From: Octopus sinensis
Lineage: Eukaryota
DNA: 64,000 bases
Assembly: GCF_006345805.1 (NCBI RefSeq)
Contig: NC_043006.1
Coordinates: 86,056,001-86,120,000, forward strand
Reading direction: 5' to 3'
Position numbers and translations under genes: made by a program
Part shown: positions 62,435 through 64,000 of the stretch, in pieces
How the letters are laid out: each line of letters begins with the position of its first letter
How positions within the stretch are numbered: position 1 is the stretch's first letter
Notes under the pieces: generated by a model
What the model saw: the letters and a program-made list of their open reading frames with translations, nothing else
Told to the model about the DNA's origin: nothing
Database searches by the model: none

Positions 62435-64000
62435 TATACTGTTGCCATATGTGATAGGCAACAATAAAGTACAGAAGAACTGAAATTAGATCGCTGCATT
62501 TAAGTATTATATTAATATTTAAGCCTATCTTTTATAAGTTCAACGTTAATTCTTCTGCCGCCGCTTAATTTAAAAACAATTTGATGTACGTAGGTCCTTA
62601 TTTTTCATACAAATAATAATTTCTATTTTATGGGTGACTTTTGGTGTATTTCGCAATTTATTTTGATTATTTACAAATTTATTTCCAAGTTATAAAAATT
62701 GTTAAATTAATATGCTAATACCTATGTGGTTATGTATGTATGTATATACCAGTGGTATGTATCACACTTAGGTGAAAGGAAGAGGTAAAAAGAGAGAAAT
62801 GAAACTTGTTAAGCAGAAGTATAGTTGAAGTAAGAGGCAAAGCGGCAAAGAACAGGGAGTAAGAGGGAGTGAGAGAGAGAGAGAGAACATTGATAGTGCT
62901 GAGAGGTAAGAGAAATATACTGCATTAAACGCAGGAGACAGAGAGGAGGGAGGGGTAAGAGAGAAAGATATTTAGAAAGATAAATTGAGTGAACGAAAGG
63001 AATGAATAGAGAATGATAAAGAGACTGAAGCTATTTTCAGAGAGGAAATGCTGGAAAACTTTTCGTTTTGGCCGATATATGATAAAGCCACTGTGACAGT
63101 TATTCTATGCTGTTTGAAAACTATTTATACAAAATTTCATTAAAAAATACCAATTTTCCAGAAAGTTATGAGGCGGAAAATGTCAGCTCATGTGAATTTT
63201 CCAAAACTCCTCTCCCTAGCCACTCAGAAAAACTTTTTCCAACAAATCTTAACATATACTCAGTCAACAGGATCTAAGTGATTATTTATGGAATTTATGA
63301 GGCAACAAAGTTGGAGGGGTATATATACATCTGTAGTTATGCCCAAAATTATTTGATAGTTATTAAATGAAGCCACAATTTATAGATGCTTACATTTTTT
63401 ATGCTTTTTGTGCAGTTTTCACGAGTCCAGCTAGTAAAAATTGTTATCGTACAAAAATGTTCACTGAAAACAATCACAGTAATGAAAACTTGGGAATCCA
63501 AAATTCAGGATTGCGGGTCCTGATTTAGTCCGGAATGTTTTTGATTTACTCGTAGAGTCGGCCTGATTCCAAAATGGTATATGTTGGGCTACGGCATCTA
63601 GGAATAAAGTTGAAATATTGTGTATGTCAAAAAGTCAATGGTTTTTTCTTAGAGAGTGCGAAGACTATGTGTGTGTATATGTCACAGATAGCGGACATGT
63701 ATTTGTGATTGATACACCATGACATTCATTATGTGTGTATTCTGTATGTGTGTTGACGTCATGGAAGCCATGTTTTTTTTTTTTCCCATCAAGAAATAAC
63801 AAACAAAAATTGCGTTTAATCGTTTTCATTAATAAATAGAGTTTCAAATATCACAAAAATTTGAATTGCACTACCGAAGGTAAGTATGAAAATAAATATG
63901 CAAAAAAAAATAAAGATAAAATATACTATTTCTGAGATATTTCAGGTGCATACAAACATCTCTAGAGTTTTAGTATTAAGATAGTGGATGAGTCCAGCAG

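Noticed and set aside
63405-63435. Helitron-like 3' end (weak hairpin plus CTAG)
   Set aside because: The hairpin is degenerate and no matching 5' TC end could be placed.

Overview
AT-rich, microsatellite- and transposon-dense eukaryotic DNA. The repeat families look cephalopod, most likely Octopus (recognised from memory, not searched). Two intron-rich genes converge tail-to-tail. On + are the 3' exons of a CCDC61/VFL3-like centriolar coiled-coil gene (3841..44097). On - are the last four exons of a PTPDC1-like gene (56469..46337). The introns hold RTE LINEs (with a PHD finger inserted in the RT, and a 62-bp 3'UTR unit expanded into a higher-order array), Penelope-like elements, Tc1/mariner, hAT, Helitron, foldback MITEs and many tRNA-SINEs. 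Three signals stand out. (1) Several type I hammerhead ribozyme motifs lie in non-coding Penelope-like terminal repeats; one has a fully canonical core, two have long stem II inserts, and one is fused to a tRNA-like head. (2) An hnRNP A/B-like gene-end fragment is bracketed by a perfect 77-bp direct repeat inside a 1.8-kb inverted-repeat-bounded unit. (3) Near-identical inverted RTE copies flank frame-preserving CCDC61 exon pairs. All calls are by eye; no database search or folding program was run.
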